Shown: positions 28,418-37,995 of the stretch, piece after piece
Position numbering within the stretch: position 1 is the first letter of the stretch
How the letters are laid out: each line of letters opens with the position of its first letter
Origin: Burkholderiaceae bacterium
Lineage (GTDB): Bacteria > Pseudomonadota > Gammaproteobacteria > Burkholderiales > Burkholderiaceae_E
Direction: 5' to 3'
DNA: 57,643 nt
NCBI GenBank assembly: GCA_023383035.1
Contig: JAHDYE010000002.1
Span: 1 to 57,643, forward strand
Translations under genes and position numbers: made by a program
The notes under the pieces: generated by a model
The model's input: only the letters and a program-made list of their open reading frames with translations
Told to the model about the DNA's origin: nothing
Databases searched by the model: none

Positions 28418-30217
28418 ATGCAAGGCCAGCGCCCGCAAGGGCATCGCAAGGCGGGTCCGACCGCTCGTCGCCTCGCAGGGCGCGACGGCGCATCGACGCG
28501 GGCCGGCTCCCGAAAGCTGATCGAACTCGGCGAGGCGATTCGCCGCCATGTCGAGCCGGGGATGTGCCTGCATCTGGCCGGGGGCATCGGCGGGCCGGGC
28601 GCGGCGATCTGCGAACTGATCCGCCGTTTCGACGGTCAGGCGCCGCGCCTGGCGATCGTCCAGAGCACGGTGTGCGGCCACGCACTCAATCTGGTCCACC
28701 GCGGCCTCGCGGAAAGGCTGGTGTGCGCGGTGGCAGCCGAGATCTCGGGCGCGGCGCGGCCCAGTGGAGTGATCCAGAAGGCCTGCGCCGACGGCACCCT
28801 GGAACTCGAGAACTGGTCGCTACTGTCGCTGCAGCAGCGCCTGATGGCGGGTGCGTACGGCGTACCGTTCATGCCGACCCGTTCGGTGCTCGGCAGCAGC
28901 ATCGCGCAGGACAACGCCCGGGGTTTTCGCACGATCGCCGATCCCTTCGATACGCATGTCGACGTAGGCGCCGTCAGAGCGCTCAAACCCGACCTGTCGA
29001 TCGTGCACGGCTGTATCGGAGACGTCGACGGCAACACGGTGCTCGCATCTCCAGCCGGCGAAGACCTCTGGGGTGCGTACGCCAGCCGCAACGGCGTGCT
29101 GGTCACGGTCGAGAAGATCGTACCGGCCGAGGTGCTTCGCAGGTACTCGGCGATGGTGCGGATTCCCGGTCACATGGTGGCCTCGATCTCCGAGGTGCCG
29201 CTCGGCCTGCACCCGTTCTCGCTGCCGGATCCCGGCATCGGCCGGTTCGCGCCGTACGAGAAGGACGCGGCGTTCCTGGACGGGTTGGGCGAGGCTTCGC
29301 GCAGCCCGGAGTCGCTCGATGCATGGATCCGTCACTGGGTGCTCGACTGCGCGTCGCACGGCGCCTATCTGCGGCGGCTGGGCAGCGCACGGGTCGCGGC
29401 GCTGAAGCGGCAGGCGAGAGCCTCGGCGGGCGGTGTTGCCGCTGCAGCAGCGCCACGAAACGCAAGCCGGCGTCCTGCCGGCGCGGCCGAGACGATGCTT
29501 GTTGTTGTCGCGCGCGAAATCGTCGCCAGCGTCAATCGCTCCGGGCACCGTACCGTTCTCGCCGGCGCGGGCGTCGCCGCGATGGCTGCCTTCCTCGCGT
29601 ACCGCATGCTGGAGGACGACGGCCTGCATGTCGATCTGTTGACCGGAAACGGACAAGTGGGCTTCGTGCCGGTTCCGGGCGGCTCGGTGCTTGCCACGCA
29701 GGCAGGCGTGCGCAGTTCCAGGATGCTTACCGACACGGTGACGTTGCAAGGCGTACTTGTCGGTGGCGCAAGCAACCGCTGTCTCAGCGTTCTCGGTGCC
29801 GGACAGGTCGACCGGTTCGGCAACATCAACTCGACGCGCACGTCCGACGGCAGGTTCCTGGTGGGATCGGGCGGCGCCAACGACGCGTTGAATGCCCGTG
29901 AAGTGATCCTGTTGCTCAACCAGTCGCGCGAGCGATTCGTCGAGCACCTGCCGTACGTGACCGGCCGCGGCGAGCGTGTCAGGGCCGTCGTGTCATCCAT
30001 GGGAATCCTGCGCAAGGCCGAGGGCGAGGCCGAACTCGAGCTGACGGACTATTTCGCAGACGCTGGCGCGCCCGATCGACGTGCGCGCCTGGCGAAGATC
30101 AGTGACGCATGCGGATGGCCGCTGCGCCTGTCCGAGGGTGCAGCGGAGATCGCATCCGTGACGGCGCGGGAGCTTGGGTTGTTGCGCCGGCTGCAGGCGG
30201 CATCCGAACGCCCATGA
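28418..30217 (+). CDS. Fused A+B family I CoA-transferase-fold protein (glutaconate CoA-transferase-like)
   Basis: A half: RLMAGAYGVPFMPTRS, LKPDLSIVH, TVEKIV. B half: LGAGQVDRFGNINST, LVGSGGAND. Confidence 0.8.
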   Translation: MQGQRPQGHRKAGPTARRLAGRDGASTRAGSRKLIELGEAIRRHVEPGMCLHLAGGIGGPGAAICELIRRFDGQAPRLAIVQSTVCGHALNLVHRGLAERLVCAVAAEISGAARPSGVIQKACADGTLELENWSLLSLQQRLMAGAYGVPFMPTRSVLGSSIAQDNARGFRTIADPFDTHVDVGAVRALKPDLSIVHGCIGDVDGNTVLASPAGEDLWGAYASRNGVLVTVEKIVPAEVLRRYSAMVRIPGHMVASISEVPLGLHPFSLPDPGIGRFAPYEKDAAFLDGLGEASRSPESLDAWIRHWVLDCASHGAYLRRLGSARVAALKRQARASAGGVAAAAAPRNASRRPAGAAETMLVVVAREIVASVNRSGHRTVLAGAGVAAMAAFLAYRMLEDDGLHVDLLTGNGQVGFVPVPGGSVLATQAGVRSSRMLTDTVTLQGVLVGGASNRCLSVLGAGQVDRFGNINSTRTSDGRFLVGSGGANDALNAREVILLLNQSRERFVEHLPYVTGRGERVRAVVSSMGILRKAEGEAELELTDYFADAGAPDRRARLAKISDACGWPLRLSEGAAEIASVTARELGLLRRLQAASERP

Positions 30218-30255
30218 CGGCGAAGCGTCATCCCACAGCACAAGGAAAACGGATC

Positions 30256-31479
30256 ATGGCTGGACCTTTGAGCGGCTTGCGGGTCATCGAATGCGCCGGA
30301 TATCTCAGCGCCCCGACTGCCGGATACATGCTGGGTGATCTCGGAGCCGAGGTCATCAAGGTGGAGGATCGCGAGAAGGGGGACCCGACTCGCGGCACTT
30401 CGGCGCTGTTCGGTGCGTCGATGAGCATGCCCACCGGCGAGAACGTGCTGTTCGAGACGGCCAACCGCAACAAGAAGAGCATCACGCTCGATCTCAAGAA
30501 GGAGAAGGGGCGCGAGCTGCTCTATCGGCTGGTCGCGAAGGCCGACATCTTCTGCACCAACTTCACGCAGTCGGCAATCAGGAAGCTGAAGATCGACTAC
30601 GACACGCTCAAACTGCACAACCCGAAGCTGGTTTACGGCCTGGCCACCGGATACGGCCTGAAGGGCCCGGAGAGTGCCAAGCGCGCCTTCGACAGCGTTG
30701 CGCAGGCGCGCTCGAGCATCATGTACGCCCTTGGCGGCGAACCGGACTCCCCGCCCGCGCAGATCGGGGGGCCGGTATTCGACCAGATGACCGGAACGCT
30801 GCTCGTCTACGCAATCCTGGCAGCGATGGTCAAGCGCGAGCGCGACGGCGTCGGGCAGCAGGTCGAAGTGTCGCTGCTTGGCTCAGGCATCCACCTGCAG
30901 GCCTACAACATCAATACCGCACTGCTGCGCGGCAAGCAGATCCCGCGGCCGTCACGGCGGCTCATGAGGAACCCGCTCGCCAATCACTTCCAGTGCGCCG
31001 ACGGCGAGTGGCTGTTGCTGTCGGAGCCGCAGGCGGACCGGTTCTGGCCGAGCTTTTGCGGCGCCATCGGCATGCCCCAGCTCGAGAAGGATCCGCGCTT
31101 TGCCGACACCGCGCGACGCAGGGAGAACTTCGCCGATATCAACGCGATCCTCGAAGACGTATTCAAGCGCAGGACGCGCGCGCAATGGACCGCGATCCTC
31201 GAGGAAAAGGGAGAGGGCATCGCATTCTCGCCGGTGCTTCGTCCCAACGACCTCGCCTCGGACGAGCAGGCGCTCGAGAACGGCTATGTGGTCGAGATCG
31301 ACCATCCAGGAATCGGCAAGGTGAAGATGGTGGGCAATCCGGTCAGTTTCAGCGAAACGCCGGTCAAGGTGGAGGGGGTCGCGCCGCAATTCGGGCAGCA
31401 CACCGAGCAAGTGCTGCTCGATGTCTGCGGCTTCGACTGGGACCAGATAGAGGAACTTCGGGATCGGCAGGTGATCTGA
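30256..31479 (+). CDS. Family III CoA-transferase (homomeric type)
   Basis: PLSGLRVIE, GDLGAEVIKVE, NRNKKSITLDLK, VFD (catalytic Asp); AAGGA RBS. Confidence 0.9.
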   Translation: MAGPLSGLRVIECAGYLSAPTAGYMLGDLGAEVIKVEDREKGDPTRGTSALFGASMSMPTGENVLFETANRNKKSITLDLKKEKGRELLYRLVAKADIFCTNFTQSAIRKLKIDYDTLKLHNPKLVYGLATGYGLKGPESAKRAFDSVAQARSSIMYALGGEPDSPPAQIGGPVFDQMTGTLLVYAILAAMVKRERDGVGQQVEVSLLGSGIHLQAYNINTALLRGKQIPRPSRRLMRNPLANHFQCADGEWLLLSEPQADRFWPSFCGAIGMPQLEKDPRFADTARRRENFADINAILEDVFKRRTRAQWTAILEEKGEGIAFSPVLRPNDLASDEQALENGYVVEIDHPGIGKVKMVGNPVSFSETPVKVEGVAPQFGQHTEQVLLDVCGFDWDQIEELRDRQVI

Positions 31480-31509
31480 CCCCCGCGAATCGCAGACTGG
31501 AGGCACAAC

Positions 31510-32985
31510 GTGGACATCAAGGTAAGGAATACGCGAATCCCGGAAGACGCATTTCTGAAGATGCGTGAGCAGGTGCTTTCGCTGTGGCCGACGGGCCGGG
31601 AAGTCGATCTCGAGGAGGCGATCGCTTATCAGAAGAAGCTGCCGGACTCGAAGAACTTCATGAAGCTGATGCAGAAGCTGCATGCGGAAGGCCGGACCTC
31701 GATCTTCCCGCGGGCCGGCACGGCGCTGGTCGAAGACAGCATCAGCCTCTATCGCAAGCTCGAAGCCAGCGGCGTACTGTTCATGCCGGTGACGACCGAC
31801 AGCTACACCCGCCAGCTCGACTTCCGCAAGGTGGAGACGGCGCTCGAGGAAACGCGGCGCACCGGGAGAAAGGTGCTCAATGGCTATCCGCTGATCAACC
31901 ATGGGGTCAAGGAGACCCGCCGGGTCACCGAAAGCGTTCAGACGGGCGCTTTCGATCCGCGAATTTCCGTGAAGGGTTATCGGCTGGGTACCGAAATCGC
32001 GCTCGCATCGGGCATGACCGGTATTTCGGCAGGCGCCTTCATATCGTGGGGAGCCTACGAGAAGAACGTCGACATCGAGCATGCGCTGGCAACCTACCAG
32101 TACGTGCACCGGCTGATCGGCTACTACGCCGAGCGTGGAGTCGCGATCACTTGCGACAACCATGGATGGATCCTGACCGGTGTCCAGCCGATGAGCGTGA
32201 ACCTGGCCACGGTGATCGCCGAGGTGCTGATGGAGGCGGCGCAAGGCGTGAAGAGCGTCGTGCCGTATGTACATCTGATGGGGAATCTGGCGCAGGATCT
32301 GGCCTGGTTGCGTGTGACGCCGCGCCTGACGCGCGAATACCTCGACCGTTTCGGCCATCAGGACGTGGTGATCGCGGGCGTGGCCGCGCAGCACACTCCG
32401 CTGTTCCCGATGCCGCAGAGCGTGGGCGGCGCCTACGCCTATTCCGACTACACCGCGATGACAGCGGCGCTCGGCAAGGCGGAGGCGGTCTTCGTGCGCA
32501 CCATCGACGAAGCCCTCGGCGTGCCGACCGAGGAAACCCACGCGCTCACCTACGAATCCGCCAACTGGTTCCTCGACGTGATCCGAGGCCAGAACATCGA
32601 TCTGCAGATGAAGGAAATCGACGAGGAGATCCATATCACCGAGCTCGAGATCCGCGCCATTCTCGAAAGGCTGCTCGAAATGGGCGACGGCGACATCATG
32701 GTCGGCTGCGTCAGGGGCGTTCACGCGGGTGTTATCGACTCGTCGTTCAGCCCCAACGTGCAGGTGAAGGATCAGGTGATCGGCGTGAAGGACTGCCGTG
32801 GTGCGATCCGCTATGCGGAGTTCGGAAATCTTCCGTTTTCGAAGGAGGTGAAGGATTTCCACCGCGGAAAGGTTGCCGAGCGCGAGAAGGCCGACGGCAC
32901 CGCCGCCGACTACGAAATGACGGTGCGCGATTTCTGGGCGTTCAGCAAGGGACAGCTGATCGGGAAGCCGGCGGCTCGCGCCTGA
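31510..32985 (+). CDS. glmE: Glutamate-mutase-like catalytic (epsilon/E) subunit with divergent substrate site
   Basis: WPTGREVDL, PRAG, DSYTR, LNGYP..N.G, QYVHRLIGYY, AAQGVK, GNLAQD, DEALGVPT, GAIRY..FGNLP; GGAGG RBS before GTG. Confidence 0.9.
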   Translation: MDIKVRNTRIPEDAFLKMREQVLSLWPTGREVDLEEAIAYQKKLPDSKNFMKLMQKLHAEGRTSIFPRAGTALVEDSISLYRKLEASGVLFMPVTTDSYTRQLDFRKVETALEETRRTGRKVLNGYPLINHGVKETRRVTESVQTGAFDPRISVKGYRLGTEIALASGMTGISAGAFISWGAYEKNVDIEHALATYQYVHRLIGYYAERGVAITCDNHGWILTGVQPMSVNLATVIAEVLMEAAQGVKSVVPYVHLMGNLAQDLAWLRVTPRLTREYLDRFGHQDVVIAGVAAQHTPLFPMPQSVGGAYAYSDYTAMTAALGKAEAVFVRTIDEALGVPTEETHALTYESANWFLDVIRGQNIDLQMKEIDEEIHITELEIRAILERLLEMGDGDIMVGCVRGVHAGVIDSSFSPNVQVKDQVIGVKDCRGAIRYAEFGNLPFSKEVKDFHRGKVAEREKADGTAADYEMTVRDFWAFSKGQLIGKPAARA

Positions 32986-33077
32986 GGAGCCGACGTGCAG
33001 GTACGCCGGCCAGGGCCTGCGGCCGGCCGCGCGCCGGCGGCCCGGGCTCAGGCGTCACGGGACTGGCGGTCGCGCTG

Positions 33078-33092
33078 GTTATGTAACATAAT
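33078..33092. promoter_or_regulatory. Operator copy GTTATG-TAA-CATAAT
   Basis: Intergenic, 40 nt upstream of the ADH start. Confidence 0.78.
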
Positions 33093-33131
33093 CGTATGCG
33101 TCGCCGGGGCGACGCGATCGGGAGAGAGACA

Positions 33132-34244
33132 ATGACGCTGGAGATTCCGCGGACCAGCCGCGCGGCCGTTCTCGAGGAGTACGGCCAACCGTTGCGCATC
33201 CACGAAGTCTCGATTCCGGCCGTCGGCCCGGGCGAGATCCTCGTGAAGGTGCAGCTGGCCGGCATCTGCGGCACCGACGTGCACCAGTCGCGCGGCACGC
33301 TGACGATCAAGCCTCCGCTGCCGAACATCCAGGGGCACGAGACGATCGCGCGCATCGTGCGGCTCGGCGCCGGGCGCAGCAAGGACGTCGCCGGAGCGCC
33401 GTTGAGCGTCGGCGACCGCATCATGTGGGCGCATGCCGACTGCGGACAGTGCTACTGGTGCCAGGTGGCGCGCGACACGGTGCTGTGCTCGTCGCGCCAG
33501 GGCTACGGTTTCGCGAATCCGTCGCTGCTGCGCGGCGGTTTCGCCGAGTATGAGCACATCAGCGCGATCACCGACGTGGTGCGGGTTCCCGACGAGATCA
33601 CCGACGAGGAAGCGATCGGCGTCGGCTGCGCGTTCCGCACCGTGGTGGCCGGCTTCGAGCGGCTGGGCGGCGTGCGGTTCCAGGAGAGCGTCGTCGTGCT
33701 CGGCGCGGGACCGGTGGGCCTGTACTCCGCGCTGCTCGCCGTGGCAAGCGGCGCCCATCGGGTCATCGTTGTCGGGGCGCCGGCGCGCCGGCTCGAGCTC
33801 GCGCGCAAGTGGGGCGCGAGCCACGTCATCGACATCGACGAGGTCAAGGATCCGCGTGAGCGCCAGCAGCGCATCACCGAGCTCACCGAAGGACGCGGGC
33901 CAGAGCTCGTCGTCGAGTGCTCGGGCGTTCCGGCCGCGTTCAACGAAGGCCTGGAAATGCTGCAGAAGGGCGGGCGCTTCCTCGTCATGGGACAGACCTC
34001 GGCCGCCACGCTGCCGGTTGCCCCGGGCATCATCACCGGCAAGGCGCTGACGATCGTCGGCAGCGTGTCCGCGTCGATCCAGCACTTCTACAAGGCGCTG
34101 CAGTTCATCCAGGCGAATCGCACGAAGTACCCGCTGTCCGACATCGTGACCACGCGCTACCCGCTCGAGCAGATTAACGAGGCGCTGGCAAACATGGCGT
34201 CGGGGCAGGAAATCAAGCCCGTAATCGACAACCGAGTCCGGTAG
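33132..34244 (+). CDS. Zinc-dependent (MDR) alcohol dehydrogenase
   Basis: GICGTD, GHE, CGQCYWC...C, GAGPVG. Confidence 0.92.
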   Translation: MTLEIPRTSRAAVLEEYGQPLRIHEVSIPAVGPGEILVKVQLAGICGTDVHQSRGTLTIKPPLPNIQGHETIARIVRLGAGRSKDVAGAPLSVGDRIMWAHADCGQCYWCQVARDTVLCSSRQGYGFANPSLLRGGFAEYEHISAITDVVRVPDEITDEEAIGVGCAFRTVVAGFERLGGVRFQESVVVLGAGPVGLYSALLAVASGAHRVIVVGAPARRLELARKWGASHVIDIDEVKDPRERQQRITELTEGRGPELVVECSGVPAAFNEGLEMLQKGGRFLVMGQTSAATLPVAPGIITGKALTIVGSVSASIQHFYKALQFIQANRTKYPLSDIVTTRYPLEQINEALANMASGQEIKPVIDNRVR

Positions 34245-34255
34245 GGGGCTTGCGA

Positions 34256-34484
34256 ATGGCCGCAACCCCATTCTCCGGGCGCCGTAATCCGGTGCTCGCC
34301 GCGCTCGAGCGCGGCACCACGCCGCTGGGCATGCAGATGTTCACGCATGCCATGGCCCGAGGCCGATGCGGCGAGCGCGAAGCGCGTGATCGCCGAAGGC
34401 GTCCGGATCCTGATCTTCTTTCCGGATCAGCACTTCTGGCACCAGACCTGCAGCAACATCATCGGGGCCATGAACCGTCCGTAG
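34256..34484 (+). pseudogene. Internally deleted HpcH/HpaI-aldolase-like remnant
   Basis: N-terminal RRNPVLAALERGTTPLGMQMFT joins out of frame near 34345-34350 to C-terminal-like PWPEADAASAKRVIAEGVRILIFFPDQHFWHQTCSNIIGAMNRP*. Confidence 0.55.
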
Positions 34485-34530
34485 GACCGCGGCGTCCGCG
34501 CACATTCGATCATCGAAGGAGGAGTCGAAC

Positions 34531-35541
34531 ATGAAGATAGGTGTTGCAGCGTTCGTTGCATGTCTCGGACTGTTTGCGACCGGCGCGCAGGCCGTCGACA
34601 AGCCGGTCACGCTCGAGTTCTCGAGCTTCCTGCCGGCCAACGAGAAACTCAGCCTCGCGCTGCAGGAATGGGGACGCGAGCTCGAGAAGCGCACGAACGG
34701 GCAAGTCAAGGTCAACTACCACCCGGGCGGCACCCTGACGCCACCGCCGCAAACCTACGATTCGGTCGTCAAGGACATCATCGATGTCGGCTTCGGCCCG
34801 ATGGGCGCTACCAGCGGGCGCTTCCCGCTGATGGAAGTCATGGATCTGCCGCTGGGCCTGAACAGCTCGTACTCGGCAACCATGCTCTCCAACGAGCTCG
34901 TGAAGCGCTTCAAGCCCAGGGAGCTCGCCGACGTCAAGGTGCTGTTCATGCTGTCGTCGCCGCCTGCGTACATCCAGTCTCGCAAACCGGTGCGCACCCT
35001 CGAGGAGCTGCAGGGCGTGAAGCTGCGCGCGCTCGGCGGAACCACCGTGAAGGTCATCCAGGGCCTGGGCGCGGTACCGGTCTCGCTGCCGCCCACGGAC
35101 GTCTACGATGCGTTGTCCAAGGGCGTCATCGACGGCGCACCGGTGATCTCCGACGCGCTCGTCGCGCTGAAATGGGAGGACTCGCTGAAGTACACGACGC
35201 GGAACATGCGCACCTCGTACGCCAACAACGGCTACTTCGTGATGAATCGCAAGCGCTTCGCGTCGCTGCCGGCCGCTGTGCAGAAGATCGTCGACGAGCT
35301 TTCGGACGAGTACGTCATGAAGATGAGCCGACTATGGGACGAGAAGGAAGCCGACGCGGTCGCCGCGCTGAAGGCCAAGGGGCACACGACGATCACGCTG
35401 AGCGCCGAGGAAGAAGAGAAGTGGGTGCGGCGCATCGAGCCGGTCTACGAAGCCTACGTGAAGGACAAGTCGGCGCGCGGCCTGCCGGCCGCCGAAGCGC
35501 TGCAGTTCAGCCGCGACTGGGTCGCCCGTAAGCAGCAGTAG
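34531..35541 (+). CDS. dctP: TRAP transporter substrate-binding protein
   Basis: Signal peptide, GRFPL, LQGVKLR, VYDALSKGVIDG, VMNRKRF. Confidence 0.9.
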   Translation: MKIGVAAFVACLGLFATGAQAVDKPVTLEFSSFLPANEKLSLALQEWGRELEKRTNGQVKVNYHPGGTLTPPPQTYDSVVKDIIDVGFGPMGATSGRFPLMEVMDLPLGLNSSYSATMLSNELVKRFKPRELADVKVLFMLSSPPAYIQSRKPVRTLEELQGVKLRALGGTTVKVIQGLGAVPVSLPPTDVYDALSKGVIDGAPVISDALVALKWEDSLKYTTRNMRTSYANNGYFVMNRKRFASLPAAVQKIVDELSDEYVMKMSRLWDEKEADAVAALKAKGHTTITLSAEEEEKWVRRIEPVYEAYVKDKSARGLPAAEALQFSRDWVARKQQ

Positions 35542-35543
35542 GG

Positions 35544-36038
35544 ATGGCCGGGACGGAGCATCCGGGCGTGCGCGCGGCCCGGCTCGTCGGCGCCGGCCTG
35601 GAGTTCGTTGCCGGCGCCGTTCTCGTTTTCGTCATGGTGCTGACCGGGCTCGACATCGCGGGCCGGATGTTCGGGCGGCCGATCCCGGGCACCTACGAGA
35701 TCGTCTCCTTCTCGGGCGGGCTCGTCGTCGGTCTGGCGATGCCCGTGACGTCCTGGGCGCGCGGACACGTCTTCGTCGATCTCGTCACCGCCAGCGCGCC
35801 CCTGCCTGTCGCGAGGTTCCTGCACGGGCTCACGCGCGCGCTCGCCATCACGCTGTTCATTCTGCTCGCTTGGGGGCTCGTGCGCATGGGCGCCGACCTG
35901 CGCGACGCGGGCGAGACCACCGCGGTGCTCGGGCTGGCCTTCTATCCGGTGGCCTGGGCGCTCGCCGGTGCGTTCCTCGTCTCGTGCCTGAGCCTCGCGC
36001 ACGATGCACTCACCTGGGAGCCGCGGCGCGATGACTGA
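35544..36038 (+). CDS. dctQ: TRAP transporter small permease
   Basis: 4 TM, GRPIPGTYEI, HVFVD. Confidence 0.88.
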   Translation: MAGTEHPGVRAARLVGAGLEFVAGAVLVFVMVLTGLDIAGRMFGRPIPGTYEIVSFSGGLVVGLAMPVTSWARGHVFVDLVTASAPLPVARFLHGLTRALAITLFILLAWGLVRMGADLRDAGETTAVLGLAFYPVAWALAGAFLVSCLSLAHDALTWEPRRDD

Positions 36039-37332
36039 CGTCGCGACCGGCGTGCTGGCGCTGGCCGCGCTGCTCGTGCTGTTTCTTTCGGGCATCGAGC
36101 TCGCGTTCGCGATGACGATCATCGGCTTTCTGTTCTTCGCGTGGTTCCGATCCTTCGACGCGGCGCTGAACCTCATGGCGAAGGACTACTTCGACACGTT
36201 CACGTCCTACGGCTTCACGGTCATCCCGCTGTTCGTGCTGATGGGCCAGATCGCCTACAACTCAGGCATGGCCGAGAAGCTCTACCGCACCGCGCGCGGC
36301 TTCGTTGGCCACGTACCCGGGGGGCTGGCGCTCGCCACCGTGGTCGGCGCCACGATCTTTAAGTCGATCTCGGGTTCGACGCTCGCCACCGCCGCGACGT
36401 TCTCGAGCGTGGCGATTCCCGAGATGGACAAGTACGGCTACGGCCGCAAGCTTTCCACGGGGGTCGTCGCAAGCGTGGGAACGATCGGCATGCTGATCCC
36501 GCCCAGCGGCAACCTGATCATCTTCGCGATGATCACCGAGCAGTCCGTGGGCAAGCTGTTCCTCGCCGGAATCGTGCCCGGCGTCATCATCGCGTTTCTG
36601 TTCCTGGTCGTCGTCGTCGGCTGGTGCCGCGTCGATCCCGCGATCGCGCCGCGCGGCCCGCGGCTCGACTGGGGCGCGCGCATGAAAGGCGTGCCTTCGG
36701 TCATCTGGCCCGCGCTGATCTTCGTCGTCGTCATCGGCGGGCTGCTCGCGGGCGTCTTCACGCCGACCGAGGCCGGCGCGGTCGGATCGATCGCCGTGCT
36801 CGTCCTCACGTTCGCCAACGGCGATCTCGGGTCGAAGGACTTCGTTCGCTCGGTCTCCGAGTCGCTGCGCATGGGCTGCATGGTGCTCATGCTGATTGCC
36901 GGCTCGGCGGTGCTCGGCCACATGGTCGCGATGTCGAAGATCCCGATGGCGGTCGCGGCCTGGACGCAGGGGCTCGCGATCCCGCCGCTCGTGGTCCTCG
37001 GCATGATCGTGCTGATCTACCTGATCGGCGGGTCCTTCATCGACGACATCGCGTTCATGATCCTCGCGACACCGATCTTCTATCCGGTCGTGCTGCAGCT
37101 CGGTTTCGATCCCGTCTGGTTCGCGATGGTCATTGCGGTCACGCTGATGATCGGCGTGATCGTCCCCCCCGTGGCCATAGCCGTCTTCATCGTCAAGAAC
37201 ATCACGAAGGAATCGGCCGGCGTCGTCTACAGGGGCGTCGCGCCCTTCCTGATCGCGCTGTTGATCGGACTGGGGCTGTTGTTCGCGTTTCCCGGCATCG
37301 CGACCTGGCTGCCGGGCATGTTGATGCCGTAG
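36031..37332 (+). CDS. dctM: TRAP transporter large permease
   Basis: IPLFVLMG, GMLIPPS, FTPTEAGA. Confidence 0.9.
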   Translation: MTDVATGVLALAALLVLFLSGIELAFAMTIIGFLFFAWFRSFDAALNLMAKDYFDTFTSYGFTVIPLFVLMGQIAYNSGMAEKLYRTARGFVGHVPGGLALATVVGATIFKSISGSTLATAATFSSVAIPEMDKYGYGRKLSTGVVASVGTIGMLIPPSGNLIIFAMITEQSVGKLFLAGIVPGVIIAFLFLVVVVGWCRVDPAIAPRGPRLDWGARMKGVPSVIWPALIFVVVIGGLLAGVFTPTEAGAVGSIAVLVLTFANGDLGSKDFVRSVSESLRMGCMVLMLIAGSAVLGHMVAMSKIPMAVAAWTQGLAIPPLVVLGMIVLIYLIGGSFIDDIAFMILATPIFYPVVLQLGFDPVWFAMVIAVTLMIGVIVPPVAIAVFIVKNITKESAGVVYRGVAPFLIALLIGLGLLFAFPGIATWLPGMLMP

Positions 37333-37437
37333 CGTACGTGTCGCGACATTCAGGTGACGCCCGGGAGCAGCTTTCGCCCGCGAAGCATGCGAACCTGCCA
37401 GAATTGCGAGGTTCATTACGCCCAAGCCATTCCCGCC

Positions 37438-37995
37438 ATGTCCGCAAAGCCCGCAAAGTCCCGGAAACCCGTGAAGGCAGGGAAGTCTCGAGCCGCCAAG
37501 GCAGCGCCAGCGCCTACCGAGACCGAGCGGCCGAGATCTCGTCGACGGATCGACGTGCCTGCCGATCTGCATGCATTACAGGAACTCATCGGCTACAACT
37601 GTCGGCGTGCATATCTCGCTGTGCGCGACCAGGCGATCAAACCGATCGTCGAGAACGGATTGCAGCGCACGTGGTTCACCGTGATGGTGCTGCTGCATCG
37701 CAATCCGGGATTGAGCAGTCGCGAGATCTGCTGGGCGCTGGGGGTGCAACCTCCGAATCTTGTCGCATCGATCGCGTCGCTCGAGGAGCATGGCTTGGTC
37801 GAGCGGCGTCCGCACTCGGAAGACGGCCGCTCCTTGAGCCTGCGCCTGACCGCAGCGGGTCGCCGGTTGATTACGCGGGTCGAACGGGAGGTCGAACGCG
37901 CCGAGCTCCGCGCGACCGCCATGCTCAGTGACGAGGAACGCGACACGCTCACCGACCTGCTGCGTCGGATCTACACCGAACCTCCGGTCGATTGA
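37438..37995 (+). CDS. MarR family repressor (CouR-like), paralog 2
   Basis: LIGYNCRRAY, GLVERRPHSEDGRSLSLRLTAAG; clearly similar to 3144..3674; start uncertain. Confidence 0.9.
   Translation: MSAKPAKSRKPVKAGKSRAAKAAPAPTETERPRSRRRIDVPADLHALQELIGYNCRRAYLAVRDQAIKPIVENGLQRTWFTVMVLLHRNPGLSSREICWALGVQPPNLVASIASLEEHGLVERRPHSEDGRSLSLRLTAAGRRLITRVEREVERAELRATAMLSDEERDTLTDLLRRIYTEPPVD

Noticed and set aside
7306-32985. Canonical glutamate fermentation (methylaspartate) pathway
   Set aside because: No methylaspartate ammonia-lyase, mesaconase or citramalate lyase recognised, and the GlmE amine-binding residues appear substituted.
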